DNA of 64,000 bases from a virus (Duplodnaviria; Heunggongvirae; Uroviricota; Caudoviricetes), in the IMG/VR virus record IMGVR_UViG_3300017987_000047; one strand, 5' to 3'. The notes under the pieces were generated by a model that was not told the origin of the DNA, did no database searches, and saw nothing but the letters and a program-made list of their open reading frames with translations. Made by a program: the position numbers and the translations under genes. This document shows, piece by piece, positions 31,653 through 42,094 of the stretch (position 1 is the first letter of the stretch; every line of letters begins with the position of its first letter).

Positions 31653-31946
31653 ATGTTTGAGAAGAAACTTTTCGAAGTCCAGTTAACAAAGCAGGTTTAT
31701 CTTTATTTCGAAGATAATGTTTTGCATATTATCACCCCTAATGGGTATCGAAAAGTTCCCAGGATAAGTAGGGTTTATGTTTACTGGGAAGGTGCATTAC
31801 AAAAGCATTTCACCCTAAATTATTCTGTTGCATCAATGGTAGAACAGCCTCTCTCAATTCTTCTCACACACCCAGATCCTGGAGCGCGAGATTGGGCAAA
31901 AGAAAAGCTTAGAGTTGCGCTAATTTCACAAAATAATAATTTTTAG
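31653..31946 (+). CDS. Tagged hypothetical protein
   Basis: ILLTHPDPGARDWAK. Confidence 0.78.
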   Translation: MFEKKLFEVQLTKQVYLYFEDNVLHIITPNGYRKVPRISRVYVYWEGALQKHFTLNYSVASMVEQPLSILLTHPDPGARDWAKEKLRVALISQNNNF

Positions 31947-32315
31947 GGTTACCAGAATCTTAAGATCCCGTTTATACTATTAAAGGGGAAATGAAACTTT
32001 AGAAGAAAATGTGTTTAACTGTACAAGGAGTAAAAAATGGGTGCCGACTCTACCTTGACCGTTAGCCGTGCTGCTGCCCTTCAAAAGCTTTTTGAGCAAC
32101 TCGGCGCAGCAACAAACAAACAGCTAGAGGATATGCTTTACCATTTATGGGGAGCGGAAAACCTCCACAACTTTATTGTTCTCGATACCCCGACAGAGCC
32201 AGATGATGAGAAAATAAGACACTGCTAAGTAGCTAGGTTAACCAGATAAGATTTAACCAACCTTATTCAGTATAAGGATTAAGAGGTTTTTGGTTGTCAC
32301 CTCCGGAGGTTATCC

Positions 32316-33311
32316 ATGTTCCCAATCACTGCGAACCTTGCACCCACAAAAATTCAAGTAGACGCAAAAGTAAAGGATATCCTCCTAAATGAGGCAGCAA
32401 GAAAAGCTTGCATCTATAAGGCAGCCACAGTCTCTGAGGTACTTGACTTAGAGATATTCCCACACCAACTTGGTACTTGTGCCCTTGATTGGTTAAAAGA
32501 CCACGAAGACATTTATTGGTTTCAGGACGAAGTAATCAACGCAGTAAAAGAGCACATTAACTTCGATTTATTTGAAAGCCACCTATCACAATTAGTACAA
32601 GTTTCTGAAATAAAACACGCCCGTCAGGATGATCTTGATATTGGCCTTTATCATAGAAGCTTTATGAGTGCCCCTATATTTGATAATTTCGAAGCTATGA
32701 GTTTCTACAAGTTTAATCTTCTTTTAGCCTTAACTCCTGTTGCGGGGGTGCCTAAACCGTCTACCGAAAGGTATCAGTTTTTTAATGGGGGCACTACGGA
32801 TTTACAAGTTTCTTTTTTATTACGCGAGGAAAACCACCATTTAGGCCATCTGGTTAGAATGTCTCCTTCTTATGCTAGTCTTTATAAATACTTTTTTAGA
32901 CTTCTCCGGGAGCGGAGGTTTGTGGGGGGTTGTATATCACCACCCTTTGGTTGCATAGATATGCAGCCAGCTGAAATCTTAAATGAGCTTAAAGGCTTCG
33001 ACCTACGACCGGCGTTAAGAAAAGTAAAAAAGTTCACGCAAGGATGGAAAAAAGTAGCAATTCGAGAAGAAATCACCCACGAGAATTTAACAAGCAAAGG
33101 CGCGGAAATAAGAAAAAAGGAGAAAAGGGAGCTTATTAAAATAAACCTCCATTTTAATAAGTTTCTGCCAAAATTCGCAGAAAAGTTAATTAAGGAAATA
33201 GATAAAACTAATAACGATTTGTCCCAGGTCAACTTTCAGAAACTTTCAGAAACTTTCCGGAAGAGAGTGGTTATCCCAGCCCTAAAGAAAGAAGGAATCA
33301 ATGAACATTGA
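32316..33311 (+). CDS. Hypothetical protein, paralog of 38966..39820
   Basis: Shared FD[LF]RP.L...WKK....ENLT...VVIPALK. Confidence 0.65.
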   Translation: MFPITANLAPTKIQVDAKVKDILLNEAARKACIYKAATVSEVLDLEIFPHQLGTCALDWLKDHEDIYWFQDEVINAVKEHINFDLFESHLSQLVQVSEIKHARQDDLDIGLYHRSFMSAPIFDNFEAMSFYKFNLLLALTPVAGVPKPSTERYQFFNGGTTDLQVSFLLREENHHLGHLVRMSPSYASLYKYFFRLLRERRFVGGCISPPFGCIDMQPAEILNELKGFDLRPALRKVKKFTQGWKKVAIREEITHENLTSKGAEIRKKEKRELIKINLHFNKFLPKFAEKLIKEIDKTNNDLSQVNFQKLSETFRKRVVIPALKKEGINEH

Positions 33312-33939
33312 ATTTATCCCATCCGCTTATAATATTCATATTCCAGACTCCATCAAAGATTTTATCAAGCTTGAAGACGGAACACACGAAATGCTTGATA
33401 AAAGAAGGCCTCTTCGGATTGAGCGAAGAGACTACCATAAGGATGTGTGGTGTATTCACGATGGTTTTGGATGTATGAACCGTCAATTCAAATTCGACTA
33501 TGAATCGCTTCCCTCGAACCGAGAGGATGAGTGGTTAGCAGATCACAGATTCTCGTTGGAAGAAGCAAAAAAACTAGTTACGCAGCTTTTCTCCCTATGG
33601 GAAAAAAATGGCGTGGAGGACCCCCGAAAATGATAGATTCCTACGACATCCGAGACTGGTTTGAAGAACACACAAAGGGCCTGCTAATCCTTATTCCAAT
33701 TATTATCCTTCTCATCTATGGAATCATCGCCCTATTTGAATACGAGGCTGTTCAAAAAAAAGAAATTGAAATTACAAAATCGGGAAGTGGCCAAATAGTT
33801 ATGCTAGAGGGTCGGGACAAAGAATTAATGCTAGCAAAGTTTGAAAGCGATTATGCAGAGGGATACGAATTTATTTCAATTGGCAAAGATGCAGATGGAG
33901 AGTATATTTTTGTAATCTCCCAACGGGAGGAGAATTAAA

Positions 33940-34434
33940 ATGTTGGAACGCAAAATACCAGCAATTAAATATCTGGGGCTTTTTCTTTCCTATGGTTTGG
34001 TTGCTTGGGTTATTATCTTTTGCTCGATACAGCTCGCACAAATAAGTGCCTGGTTTCTTTTCTTCTGGTTAGCTCTGTTTTTGCTCGGGTTTTTCGTTGC
34101 AAGATTAGCAGAATCTATCAAAAATTTTGGGGAGCTGGAACATCGACGGATTTATATTGTAGAACGAGAAGACGCTTTGGGAAAAGTTAACGTCCTTATT
34201 TGTTTTTGCACCCTTTTCAAAATAAAGATTTACGCGAGCGAGTATTTTTGTAAGAAAAATAGCAATATCAAAGCCGGAGAAATTATAACGGTATCCAGAC
34301 TTAATCCTAAAACCTATCAGGCAATTGATTTTATACACCTTTATTACTACAAAGTAGGGGTAACCGAGCTACTAACGTATCCTTACCCAAGCGCAAGGAA
34401 ATTTGCGAAACTAGTTCTAAACAAGAAAATATGA
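33940..34434 (+). CDS. Tagged membrane protein
   Basis: Two N-terminal hydrophobic helices; ELLTYPYPSARKFAK. Confidence 0.7.
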   Translation: MLERKIPAIKYLGLFLSYGLVAWVIIFCSIQLAQISAWFLFFWLALFLLGFFVARLAESIKNFGELEHRRIYIVEREDALGKVNVLICFCTLFKIKIYASEYFCKKNSNIKAGEIITVSRLNPKTYQAIDFIHLYYYKVGVTELLTYPYPSARKFAKLVLNKKI

Positions 34435-34442
34435 AATATAGA

Positions 34443-35777
34443 GTGAACTACTCCCACGTAAACGTAGGAGCTTCTTTCCTAATTAATAACCGTTGGACTT
34501 ACCACCTTAGGTGGGTCCTTTGGTAATAGAAAAGCATGATTTTGGGCAGTCCCTGCCCTACGTAATAATTGTCCTTTTTTCTTAATAACTAAAGCTGCGT
34601 TAATGTCTCTATCATGATGAGTTTTGCAACTTAAACAAGTCCATTCCCTATCTTTGAGCTTCAAATCCTTATTCACCCAATCACAGGCATGACATGTTTT
34701 TGAAGTGTTTCTTGGGGGGACGAGAACTAGTTCTCGTCCATACCAGGAGGCTTTATATTCAATCATAGATTTCAGCATAGAAATAGCAGTGTTAGATGCA
34801 GCAAATGCTAGGTTTCTATTCTTAATCATAAATTGGACTGTTAAATCTTCTAGATAAATTGCTTGGTTTTCGTCAATTATCTTTTTTGAGATTTTATCTA
34901 ATTTATCTTTTCTAACATTTTTAACTTTTTCATGACATCTCGCAACTTTTAGTTTTTGTTTTTTATAGTTGTTTGATCCTCTCTTCTTCTTTGAAAGTTT
35001 TCTTTGATTTTTTCTCAATTTCTTATGATATTTATCTAAATTCTGATGCTTATCATGCTTCTCACCATTATCTTCAATCAAAGCATTTTTGATTCCAAAA
35101 TCTAGTCCGACTTCATTCTTAGTTCTTTTTAACTTCTTCTGCTTTTGATCATGAAAACAAAGAGAAGCAAAATATTTATTAGTTGAAGTCTTTTTGATAG
35201 TGCAAAAAGAAATCTTTCCATTAATTTCTCTATGCCTTTTGATTCTAATTCCTTCAAGGAATGCAGGCATTTTAAGGAGATTTTCTTCAATTTTGATTCC
35301 TTGAGGGATTCTAAAAGACTTTTCAGAGAAATTTCTCTTTTTGAATTTAGGAGGTCCTGCTTTTAATTTTGGACTGAAGAAGTTTTTATATGCTTGGTGA
35401 AGGTCTCTAAGAGCAGCTTGACAGGCTTGAGAATGAATGGTTTTCATCCATTCTAAGGACTTCCTTAATTGGGTTAAAGTTGCTTGGTCTTCCTTATAAA
35501 AAGAAAATTTCAATCCATTTTTATGATGCTCCTTTTTGAGGGCTAAAAAATGATTATAGATAAATCTACGAGCACCAAAAAACTGATCAAATTTCTTGAT
35601 TTGATCTTTTGATGGATAGATTCTAAACTTGTATAATTTAGTGATGGTTGATCTTTTAGACTTTCTAACCATGGTATAAAATTATACATGTTAGAGGATT
35701 ATAACGTAAGGCAAAATTGCTTTTTTGACACAATTCATCCTCGCGCGTGAACGCGGAGGACTTTTTGCGTAGGCACA
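34443..35777 (-). mobile_element. IS200/IS605-family (IS1341-type, tnpB only) element
   Basis: Right end GAAGCTCCTACGTTTACGTGGGAGTAGTTCAC; left-end hairpin TCCTCCGCGTTCACGCGCGAGGA; TTAA target next to the left end. Confidence 0.85.
34479..35672 (-). CDS. tnpB: RNA-guided endonuclease TnpB
   Basis: YKFRIYP HTH start; RuvC GLDFG, LEDL and DRDINAA; TSKTCHAC/WTCLSC zinc ribbon. Confidence 0.95.
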   Translation of the reverse strand: MVRKSKRSTITKLYKFRIYPSKDQIKKFDQFFGARRFIYNHFLALKKEHHKNGLKFSFYKEDQATLTQLRKSLEWMKTIHSQACQAALRDLHQAYKNFFSPKLKAGPPKFKKRNFSEKSFRIPQGIKIEENLLKMPAFLEGIRIKRHREINGKISFCTIKKTSTNKYFASLCFHDQKQKKLKRTKNEVGLDFGIKNALIEDNGEKHDKHQNLDKYHKKLRKNQRKLSKKKRGSNNYKKQKLKVARCHEKVKNVRKDKLDKISKKIIDENQAIYLEDLTVQFMIKNRNLAFAASNTAISMLKSMIEYKASWYGRELVLVPPRNTSKTCHACDWVNKDLKLKDREWTCLSCKTHHDRDINAALVIKKKGQLLRRAGTAQNHAFLLPKDPPKVVSPTVIN

Positions 35778-36189
35778 TTAAAACTTAACGGATGCAAACA
35801 AAGGGCTGCGAAAACTCGCAAAAGAAATTTATGAAGGAAATCCAGATGAATCTCAGGAAAATAGCAAGTAGTCTTATTGAAACAGTATTACAGAATGTTT
35901 ATAAAAGCTCTGGGGAAACAGAAAAAAAGGTAGAGGAAATCCTTGCCGCCTTGCTAAAAGAAGGAATGCCCCAATTGGTTGAAAAAATAACTGAGCAGGA
36001 AAAAGAAATCAAAAACCTGCGAGCAGCTTTAGGCTATACGTATAACCCGGATTCTGAAGAATACTTATCTTTTGACGAACATTCTCGGACTCTTTGGAAT
36101 GCAGGTAGCCGACCCCCAGACGAAGACGAGTATTGGGCAGACGTCGCTTTAATGCACTATGAGGCGTCAAAAAGAAGAGGAAGTTAGGA

Positions 36190-36714
36190 ATGAAGGCAAT
36201 ATCACTTTTCAAGACGATTGGCGCGGCAAGTCAGCAGGGCGAATTACACTGGGCTTGGAATGTTTTCACAAAGGACAAAATAACAGAAGATTTTGTTCGG
36301 AAGATATTACTCGACTATCTTATTTATATTGAAGAAGGCAACCTTAGAACAGACATTGATACCGACAATCCTATCTATTTGACAAAGGTATCTGCTTTTA
36401 GAAATTATAACCTTTTTAAGGTTCTCGGGATTAAGAAACAGAAGCTTTGTTATTCGAAAAACTTTTTTTATGAAAAACTTATTCCAGAGGTTAAACGCCA
36501 ATGGAAATTGTTAGGCTTTCTCCCGACCGGATTTTATCCGATTATTTATCACAGAAGACCGAGTATAAAGGATAGCGTTCGACTCGGGGCTAAACTTTTT
36601 GTTACATCAGAGTTAAAAGAAACCCACACAAAAAAACCAAGCATGCAATTTCTCACCCATAAACATAAGGTAATAAGGGACATCACAAAATGCTTAGAAA
36701 ACTCGTCTTTATAA
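36190..36714 (+). CDS. Tagged hypothetical protein
   Basis: QFLTHKHKVIRDITK. Confidence 0.72.
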   Translation: MKAISLFKTIGAASQQGELHWAWNVFTKDKITEDFVRKILLDYLIYIEEGNLRTDIDTDNPIYLTKVSAFRNYNLFKVLGIKKQKLCYSKNFFYEKLIPEVKRQWKLLGFLPTGFYPIIYHRRPSIKDSVRLGAKLFVTSELKETHTKKPSMQFLTHKHKVIRDITKCLENSSL

Positions 36715-37055
36715 TCGGCTTACTGTTAATCCCGTTAACTGATGTTGGTGAAACCCGAGATGTCTTTCACGGAGATTTACGGCAATACCAAAATGGAGCC
36801 GTTGTTGATATACATGCTGCCTTTGCGGCAATAACAGAATACCAAGAAATAGAAAACCGGGGGCTAACTCCGGAAGATGCCGATTATTATGTTTTACTCG
36901 CACGAGCAAATGAAAGATTTTATGCCGCAATCCGTGTCGTCGCAAGACAGGGAAATTATGATATGATTGCCAGAAAAAATTCGGTAGGGGTACAGAACTT
37001 AGACCTTCCCGATATAACGGAAGCGGTCGTGTCCGAACTAACCGCTGATAAATAA
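36690..37055 (+). CDS. Secreted OmpH/Skp-like protein
   Basis: Signal peptide; AVVDI..AF....EY and AIR.VA.Q.NYD.I...DIT.AV pattern. Confidence 0.5.
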   Translation: MLRKLVFIIGLLLIPLTDVGETRDVFHGDLRQYQNGAVVDIHAAFAAITEYQEIENRGLTPEDADYYVLLARANERFYAAIRVVARQGNYDMIARKNSVGVQNLDLPDITEAVVSELTADK

Positions 37056-37056
37056 A

Positions 37057-37431
37057 ATGGATTATCCAATTCGACATGTCGAATTCCTGAGAAGCAAGAC
37101 TAGGCTTGTTGTGCGGGTCACAGCCGATTTTTATCTTGATTTAGACCAACCGGATGAGTTTGTAAGACAGACGATTTACTTTTCAGAAAAATTTGTACCA
37201 GGGACGCCATATAAATACCCGATTGAAAATAAGTATGTTATTTTTGGAAAATCTGTTCTCTGTCCCTCTTCCCGGGGCCTTGAAGAGGTTGAAGCCGCAG
37301 AACTACTAACTCACGATTCTCCAGAAGTGAGAAAAGCTATAAAACTATACCTTAGCTCTTCCCTAAGAGAATTTGAAGAATTTTGCATGCGGCTGAATTG
37401 TGAAAATATAACATCGGAGGCGTGCCCTTGA
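37057..37431 (+). CDS. Tagged hypothetical protein
   Basis: ELLTHDSPEVRKAIK. Confidence 0.75.
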   Translation: MDYPIRHVEFLRSKTRLVVRVTADFYLDLDQPDEFVRQTIYFSEKFVPGTPYKYPIENKYVIFGKSVLCPSSRGLEEVEAAELLTHDSPEVRKAIKLYLSSSLREFEEFCMRLNCENITSEACP

Positions 37432-38911
37432 ATTTGGTGAACATTTAAAAGGAAGGATTATGGCCTCTAAAACAAAACAAATCCGCTGGCAACTTTTAGG
37501 TCTTGTTCTGACCCTAAGTTTATTCCCATGTGCTCTTCTGTTGATGCTTTTCATGCTTCTCGGGGCGCTCTCTTTTGCCTATGGTATAGCATGCCTCATT
37601 AGGGTTCCCGGAAATTGGGAATCTGATATACTTTTAATGGCGTTTGGGGTTTTCCTCGTTTTCACGGGCTTCTATTCCCGTAATATACTTAGGTTTTTAT
37701 TGGATAGGATACGCGACACATTTTTTCCGGAGAAGGATTATGACTTTTTACGTAGATGAAAAAACGGTTGAGTGTCTTTCTGAAGTCCAAGAAAAAATGA
37801 GGAAGTTTGGGGTTTCAGACAAGAAGGTTAGTTGCTTAAGCAACGCAAATACTGCGGAAGAGCGGTTAAAAGCACTTGCGGATGCCGCTAACTCAGTTGA
37901 ACTTAGTATCAACGGGTATATTGCAAAAATTGACGCTGATTCCGAGGATAAAGACCAACGACATTTCATTCGAGTTCAGATGGGGTACCAGAGAGCTTTC
38001 AATTGCACCTGGAGACCCAACTATTTTTGGTATCATAATGAGAGTCTCCTGTGTCCCGACCCACTGGTTAGTTCTGTATTAGAGGCCCTTAGGTATATAG
38101 AAACAGAGGTTGAACCATTCCACTACCTTATTATTCACACGGATTATGGGGATGGGAAACCCCCACGGGTTTCGGTAGAGAAACTAGGAGTTGGTTTCGA
38201 TTCTACCCTTGCGGACTCAAAGAAGCATGCTAATCGATACGCAGGGTACCTAGCTCCTCCCACTACCTGGACAATACCCAAGGTTGAAATCGCAAGCATA
38301 TCCGGAGTTTCAGATGTAACTGAAGCCTTTAACGAAATTGTAGAAAGAACTTTGAGAAGACGGTACTGGTTTAAGACTTTTATAAATAAGATTGCTTCGC
38401 TCTTTAGAAAGAAACAAAATGGATAATCTTCCTAGTTACGAAGAATTAAAGGCCCACTCTGAAAGCCTTTTTGAAAAATTCGCAGAGGTTTTTGGCAAAT
38501 CGAAGGCTTTCGAAGTCACCGAAAAACAACAGGTTCGCAAAGACCCTATTATTGACCTCCAAAACAGAAGGCTATATGAAAAATTTACCGAGCTAGGTTT
38601 TCCAATTCGCTCTTTCGGCGATCTTTCTCATATTATCAAATTAATTCAAACCAAAGAAGAATATCAAAAATTGCTGGAGGAAGAAAGCGAGCTTGTCCGG
38701 GAGGAAGTTGAAAAAGAATTTGCGGATTTAGTTAAGTCTTTCCCAGATCAGGACCCGATGTTAGTCGAAGTCATAAACCAGCAAATTTGCGAGTCTTTTG
38801 CTAGCGTCTCAGCAATAGCAAAGTTTCTCAAAATCAAGGTAACCCCACAAAATATCAAACACGCCGTAGCCCGGGTGTTGAAAGTAACAAAGGAACTGGA
38901 AGATTAAAAAA

Positions 38912-38943
38912 TCTTGCGTTACTCCTTAGGAAGTCGTTATATT
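38912..38943 (+). promoter_or_regulatory. Phage promoter motif copy
   Basis: TCTTGCGTT-N17-TATATT. Confidence 0.6.
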
Positions 38944-38965
38944 TTTAAATATAGCTGGTTTAACC

Positions 38966-39820
38966 TTGGAGGAAAAAATGTTTCAGATTTGCGACGCCCA
39001 AACCCTTTCGGACCTTTTAGTCCGCCTTAACGATACAACGAAAGATCGTTTACGAAGTGAAGTCGCTGCACAAACTTATTGTGAATTTTTTCTCTCCAGT
39101 AATGCTAAATTTAGAAAAAGGATTCTAAAAGAGGCGGGGGAGGAAGAAAAAGAAATGGCCGACCCGCATAAGGTTATTTCTGTCTTAAAAAATTACGTAT
39201 CTCTAGATTATTACGACTCCACCCTCTATAATGACTCCCCAAGTCTGTGCCTTTTAATTAGAGCTTTTGTAAGCCTAAAAGAGCTTAACTTTGAAGGGTG
39301 TGGAGAAGTTAGGCTTCCTTTAGATTTTATGCTTTCCCCGCAGGGATTGGAGCTTAGTTTTAGGGAAACAACCTTTTGTAGAAAAATTAAGTATGACCTT
39401 ATTTCCTACGAAGATATGGCATCTCGGATAACGCAGATGTTTCGCCGAGAAGAGTTTTTGGCAGAGGCCGAAGCAACTTCAATGTATCCGGCTTTCTTTG
39501 CCGAGTGGGAAGTAATTTGTCGTGTTAAAGAGTATGATTTCCGCCCGCTTCTCAAAGGTATTCTGGAAAAATTGCCCGAATGGAAAAAAGAATTGCCCTA
39601 TGAAAATCTCACTCAAGAGAGCTCTAGGGAACGAAAATATCAAAAGCGAAAATTGCGTATCCAAATGCTTCATTACGACAAACTAATCCCGGATTTTATT
39701 AAGAAGTGGCTTGCCGTCTTAGATTCGGTTGACGGCGATGTCCTGGACTCCCATTTCTTTGAGTTAGTCCTCAAATACCAACGGGAAGTTGTTATTCCAG
39801 CATTAAAAGAAATTAACTAG
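38966..39820 (+). CDS. Hypothetical protein, paralog of 32316..33311
   Basis: YDFRPLLK...WKKE...ENLT...VVIPALKEIN. Confidence 0.65.
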   Translation: MEEKMFQICDAQTLSDLLVRLNDTTKDRLRSEVAAQTYCEFFLSSNAKFRKRILKEAGEEEKEMADPHKVISVLKNYVSLDYYDSTLYNDSPSLCLLIRAFVSLKELNFEGCGEVRLPLDFMLSPQGLELSFRETTFCRKIKYDLISYEDMASRITQMFRREEFLAEAEATSMYPAFFAEWEVICRVKEYDFRPLLKGILEKLPEWKKELPYENLTQESSRERKYQKRKLRIQMLHYDKLIPDFIKKWLAVLDSVDGDVLDSHFFELVLKYQREVVIPALKEIN

Positions 39821-40552
39821 GAGGTTGTTGTGGGTTTATTCAAATCTAAGGATGAGAAAATAAGGGAAGCCGCTATCCAACAGGAGAAACGAGAAATTGA
39901 GCAAGTTCTCCCAAATTCATATACAATAAATGAGGCCGCAAACTTTCTTGCTCGCCTTTTGGGGAAGTTTAATCCTCTTTTCAGCACTGATTTCCCTTCC
40001 CCTATGTTAATCCGCCCTTATAAAAAGGGAGTGTCATTAATTTGGAATAGCCCGAATAGCCCTAATGGGATTCTTAAAATAGATTTTGAGAATTATTTAC
40101 CCGGCCTTGTAATTAGGGAGCCAGATGACTCCCCGTTCACTTATACAACTCTAACAAAACCTATCCGGCGGCGGCACTGTCCGTATACTTGGGTCAAGGA
40201 AGAGTTGACTAAATTCACATTGGTCTTTAAAGGCAACTCTGGTGAATTTCAAGCAAACCTAATACATTCGGGGTTACGCAAAAAATTACATTCCGAGGGT
40301 GCTAATAAAGGGGTAGAGGCAAGCAGAAAAGAATTTAAGGAGGTTACTCTTTCAAAGATTAAGCAAGCCCTACAAAAACAAGCTATTGCATTGGAATGGT
40401 TCTCAGCTAACAAAGCGAAGTTGCCTTTCCCTGAAAAAGAACTACTTTCTTTTAAGATTGAGCGGGGGTATTTCCAAAGCAAAGACCCCAACCCAAAACT
40501 AAAATTCAACGAGCTTACTGGCGAATATATTTACGATTAAGGAGAAGGTTCC

Positions 40553-41071
40553 TTGGAAAAAGTCATCTTCCTAGATATGGATGGTGTTCTGGCCTTTGGT
40601 CGTTGGGTAAAAATTGACGACAAAACATACGAAGCAATCATCGAAGAAACCCAGCTTCAAAGATTTGCGGAGCTTATAGAGGCAACTAAAGCAACCGTTA
40701 TTCTAAGTTCTGCCTGGAGACGATGTAAGTCAGATAGAAAGCAAATCAGCGAAGCTTTAGAGTCTGTCGGGGTAGCTTGGGACCCTGAAAATCGGACTCC
40801 AGACACAAAAAACGGAAATAGGGCTGATGAAATCCAGGCTTGGCTAGATAAGCACCCAGAAGTTAAAAAATTCGCTGTTTTAGATGATGACGCAACTGCG
40901 GCAGTCTTTGGAGAGAACTATTTCCAAACGTACTGGCCCGAGGTTTCTAACGAAGAAGTTAAGGCAGACCCAAACTGGGAAACTACTTTTAAGGGTCGTT
41001 TCGAAGTTGCTGGTTTAACCACGGAAGTTGTCAGTAGTGTAGTTGAACATTTAGGAGGTACCAATGAGTAG
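40553..41071 (+). CDS. HAD domain protein (Swiss-army-knife RNA repair type)
   Basis: IFLDMDGVL, ILSSAWR, RADEIQAWL and FAVLDD motifs. Confidence 0.85.
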   Translation: MEKVIFLDMDGVLAFGRWVKIDDKTYEAIIEETQLQRFAELIEATKATVILSSAWRRCKSDRKQISEALESVGVAWDPENRTPDTKNGNRADEIQAWLDKHPEVKKFAVLDDDATAAVFGENYFQTYWPEVSNEEVKADPNWETTFKGRFEVAGLTTEVVSSVVEHLGGTNE

Positions 41072-41279
41072 TAGAATCACCATTCCAAAACATATTCTCG
41101 AAGATGGCAAAGAGGAAATCCTGAAATGGTTAAAGGATGCCCCCAATGGACCATATACGTTTAGCGTATGCTTGGGGTGTGGAGGCTATTACGTTCACCC
41201 GGAGACTCCGGAAGACGTAGAGATCGAGTTCACAAAAGAATGTAAAAATTGTTTTATTCCTGAAAAAGTGTAGGGTTCA

Positions 41280-41549
41280 ATGGAACATCAATTCCCTTTC
41301 ACCATAAAAACAATTACATAAACATGCTGTTTCTGTCCTTCGCAATGGGAGGGGTATACAACTTGTGGGAAAGGTTTCTATATTAGATACCGGGGTGGTT
41401 TCTTGTCGGCGTCCATTGGGGCTACGACCGACGGCGCGGTTATGGGAGAAGTAATTTTTGCTAAACAAATTGGGGATGCCTTCGACGGCTTTATGGAGGA
41501 AGAAGAGCTATTTAAGCATCTCCAAGACGTTCTTAAGCACCCCTCTTAA
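41280..41549 (+). pseudogene. Small phage protein (CxxCPSQWEG type) with an in-frame TAA at 41319
   Basis: MEHQFPFTIKTIT*TCCFCPSQWEGYTTCGKGFYIRYRGG..., otherwise open to 41549. Confidence 0.6.
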
Positions 41550-41609
41550 AAAATTTTTCAAAAAATGATAATTTTTCGAGAAAATCTTTAAATTCAGGTG
41601 TATAAATAA

Positions 41610-41734
41610 TTGCTTGACACGGATTCGTAATGATACCTTTTTTAGTCTTGAGGGGGACCGGGGAAGCGTGTGTCAACAAATTACGAATCGTTAAGTGTAA
41701 GAGGGCTTGGTATTCACCCAAGCCCTCTTTTTTT
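41610..41734 (+). ncRNA. Candidate pseudoknotted small RNA ending in an intrinsic terminator
   Basis: Crossing helices 41614-20/41670-76 and 41622-31/41680-89; terminator at 41699-41734. Confidence 0.45.
41699..41734 (+). terminator. Intrinsic terminator
   Basis: AAGAGGGCTTGG/CCAAGCCCTCTT hairpin followed by a T run. Confidence 0.85.
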
Positions 41735-41755
41735 GTTTAAGCCTCCCACCCCAAA

Positions 41756-41787
41756 TCTTACGTAGTACAAAAAAAATTCACCATATT
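41756..41787 (+). promoter_or_regulatory. Phage promoter motif copy (degenerate)
   Basis: TCTTACGTA-N17-CATATT, after a terminator. Confidence 0.5.
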
Positions 41788-41830
41788 TTTTAAATATAAC
41801 CTAATTGTACTGCCAGGATAAAGCACCCCA

Positions 41831-42082
41831 ATGAAAATTCCAATTGAGAAGCAGCATAGATTATTTAAAAATGTAGGCTCTATCCCATATCTCTATTTTT
41901 CAAAATCCAGAGTCTATTCAATTGGAAAATCAGAACATGCTACCATATATCCGGCAAGGACGGCAACGGAGTACAAGGTAATGAAGGCCGAAGAAGAAGT
42001 CCCCCTAACTACTCTATTAACTCATCCAAGCCCAAAAATAAGGAAGTGGGCGAAGAGGGTCACTAACCAAAAAACCTCTTAG
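41831..42082 (+). CDS. Tagged hypothetical protein
   Basis: TLLTHPSPKIRKWAK. Confidence 0.78.
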   Translation: MKIPIEKQHRLFKNVGSIPYLYFSKSRVYSIGKSEHATIYPARTATEYKVMKAEEEVPLTTLLTHPSPKIRKWAKRVTNQKTS

Positions 42083-42094
42083 GATTAAGTTGAA

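Noticed and set aside
30960-31946. Tag interpreted as a DNA repeat, attC site or DGR variable region
   Set aside because: Codons for the motif vary synonymously, there is no palindromic DNA element, and no integrase or reverse transcriptase is in the window.
41533-41721. Minus-strand ORF containing LLTHASPVPLK
   Set aside because: It lacks the conserved Arg, runs against the gene polarity and overlaps the terminator and candidate ncRNA; probably chance.
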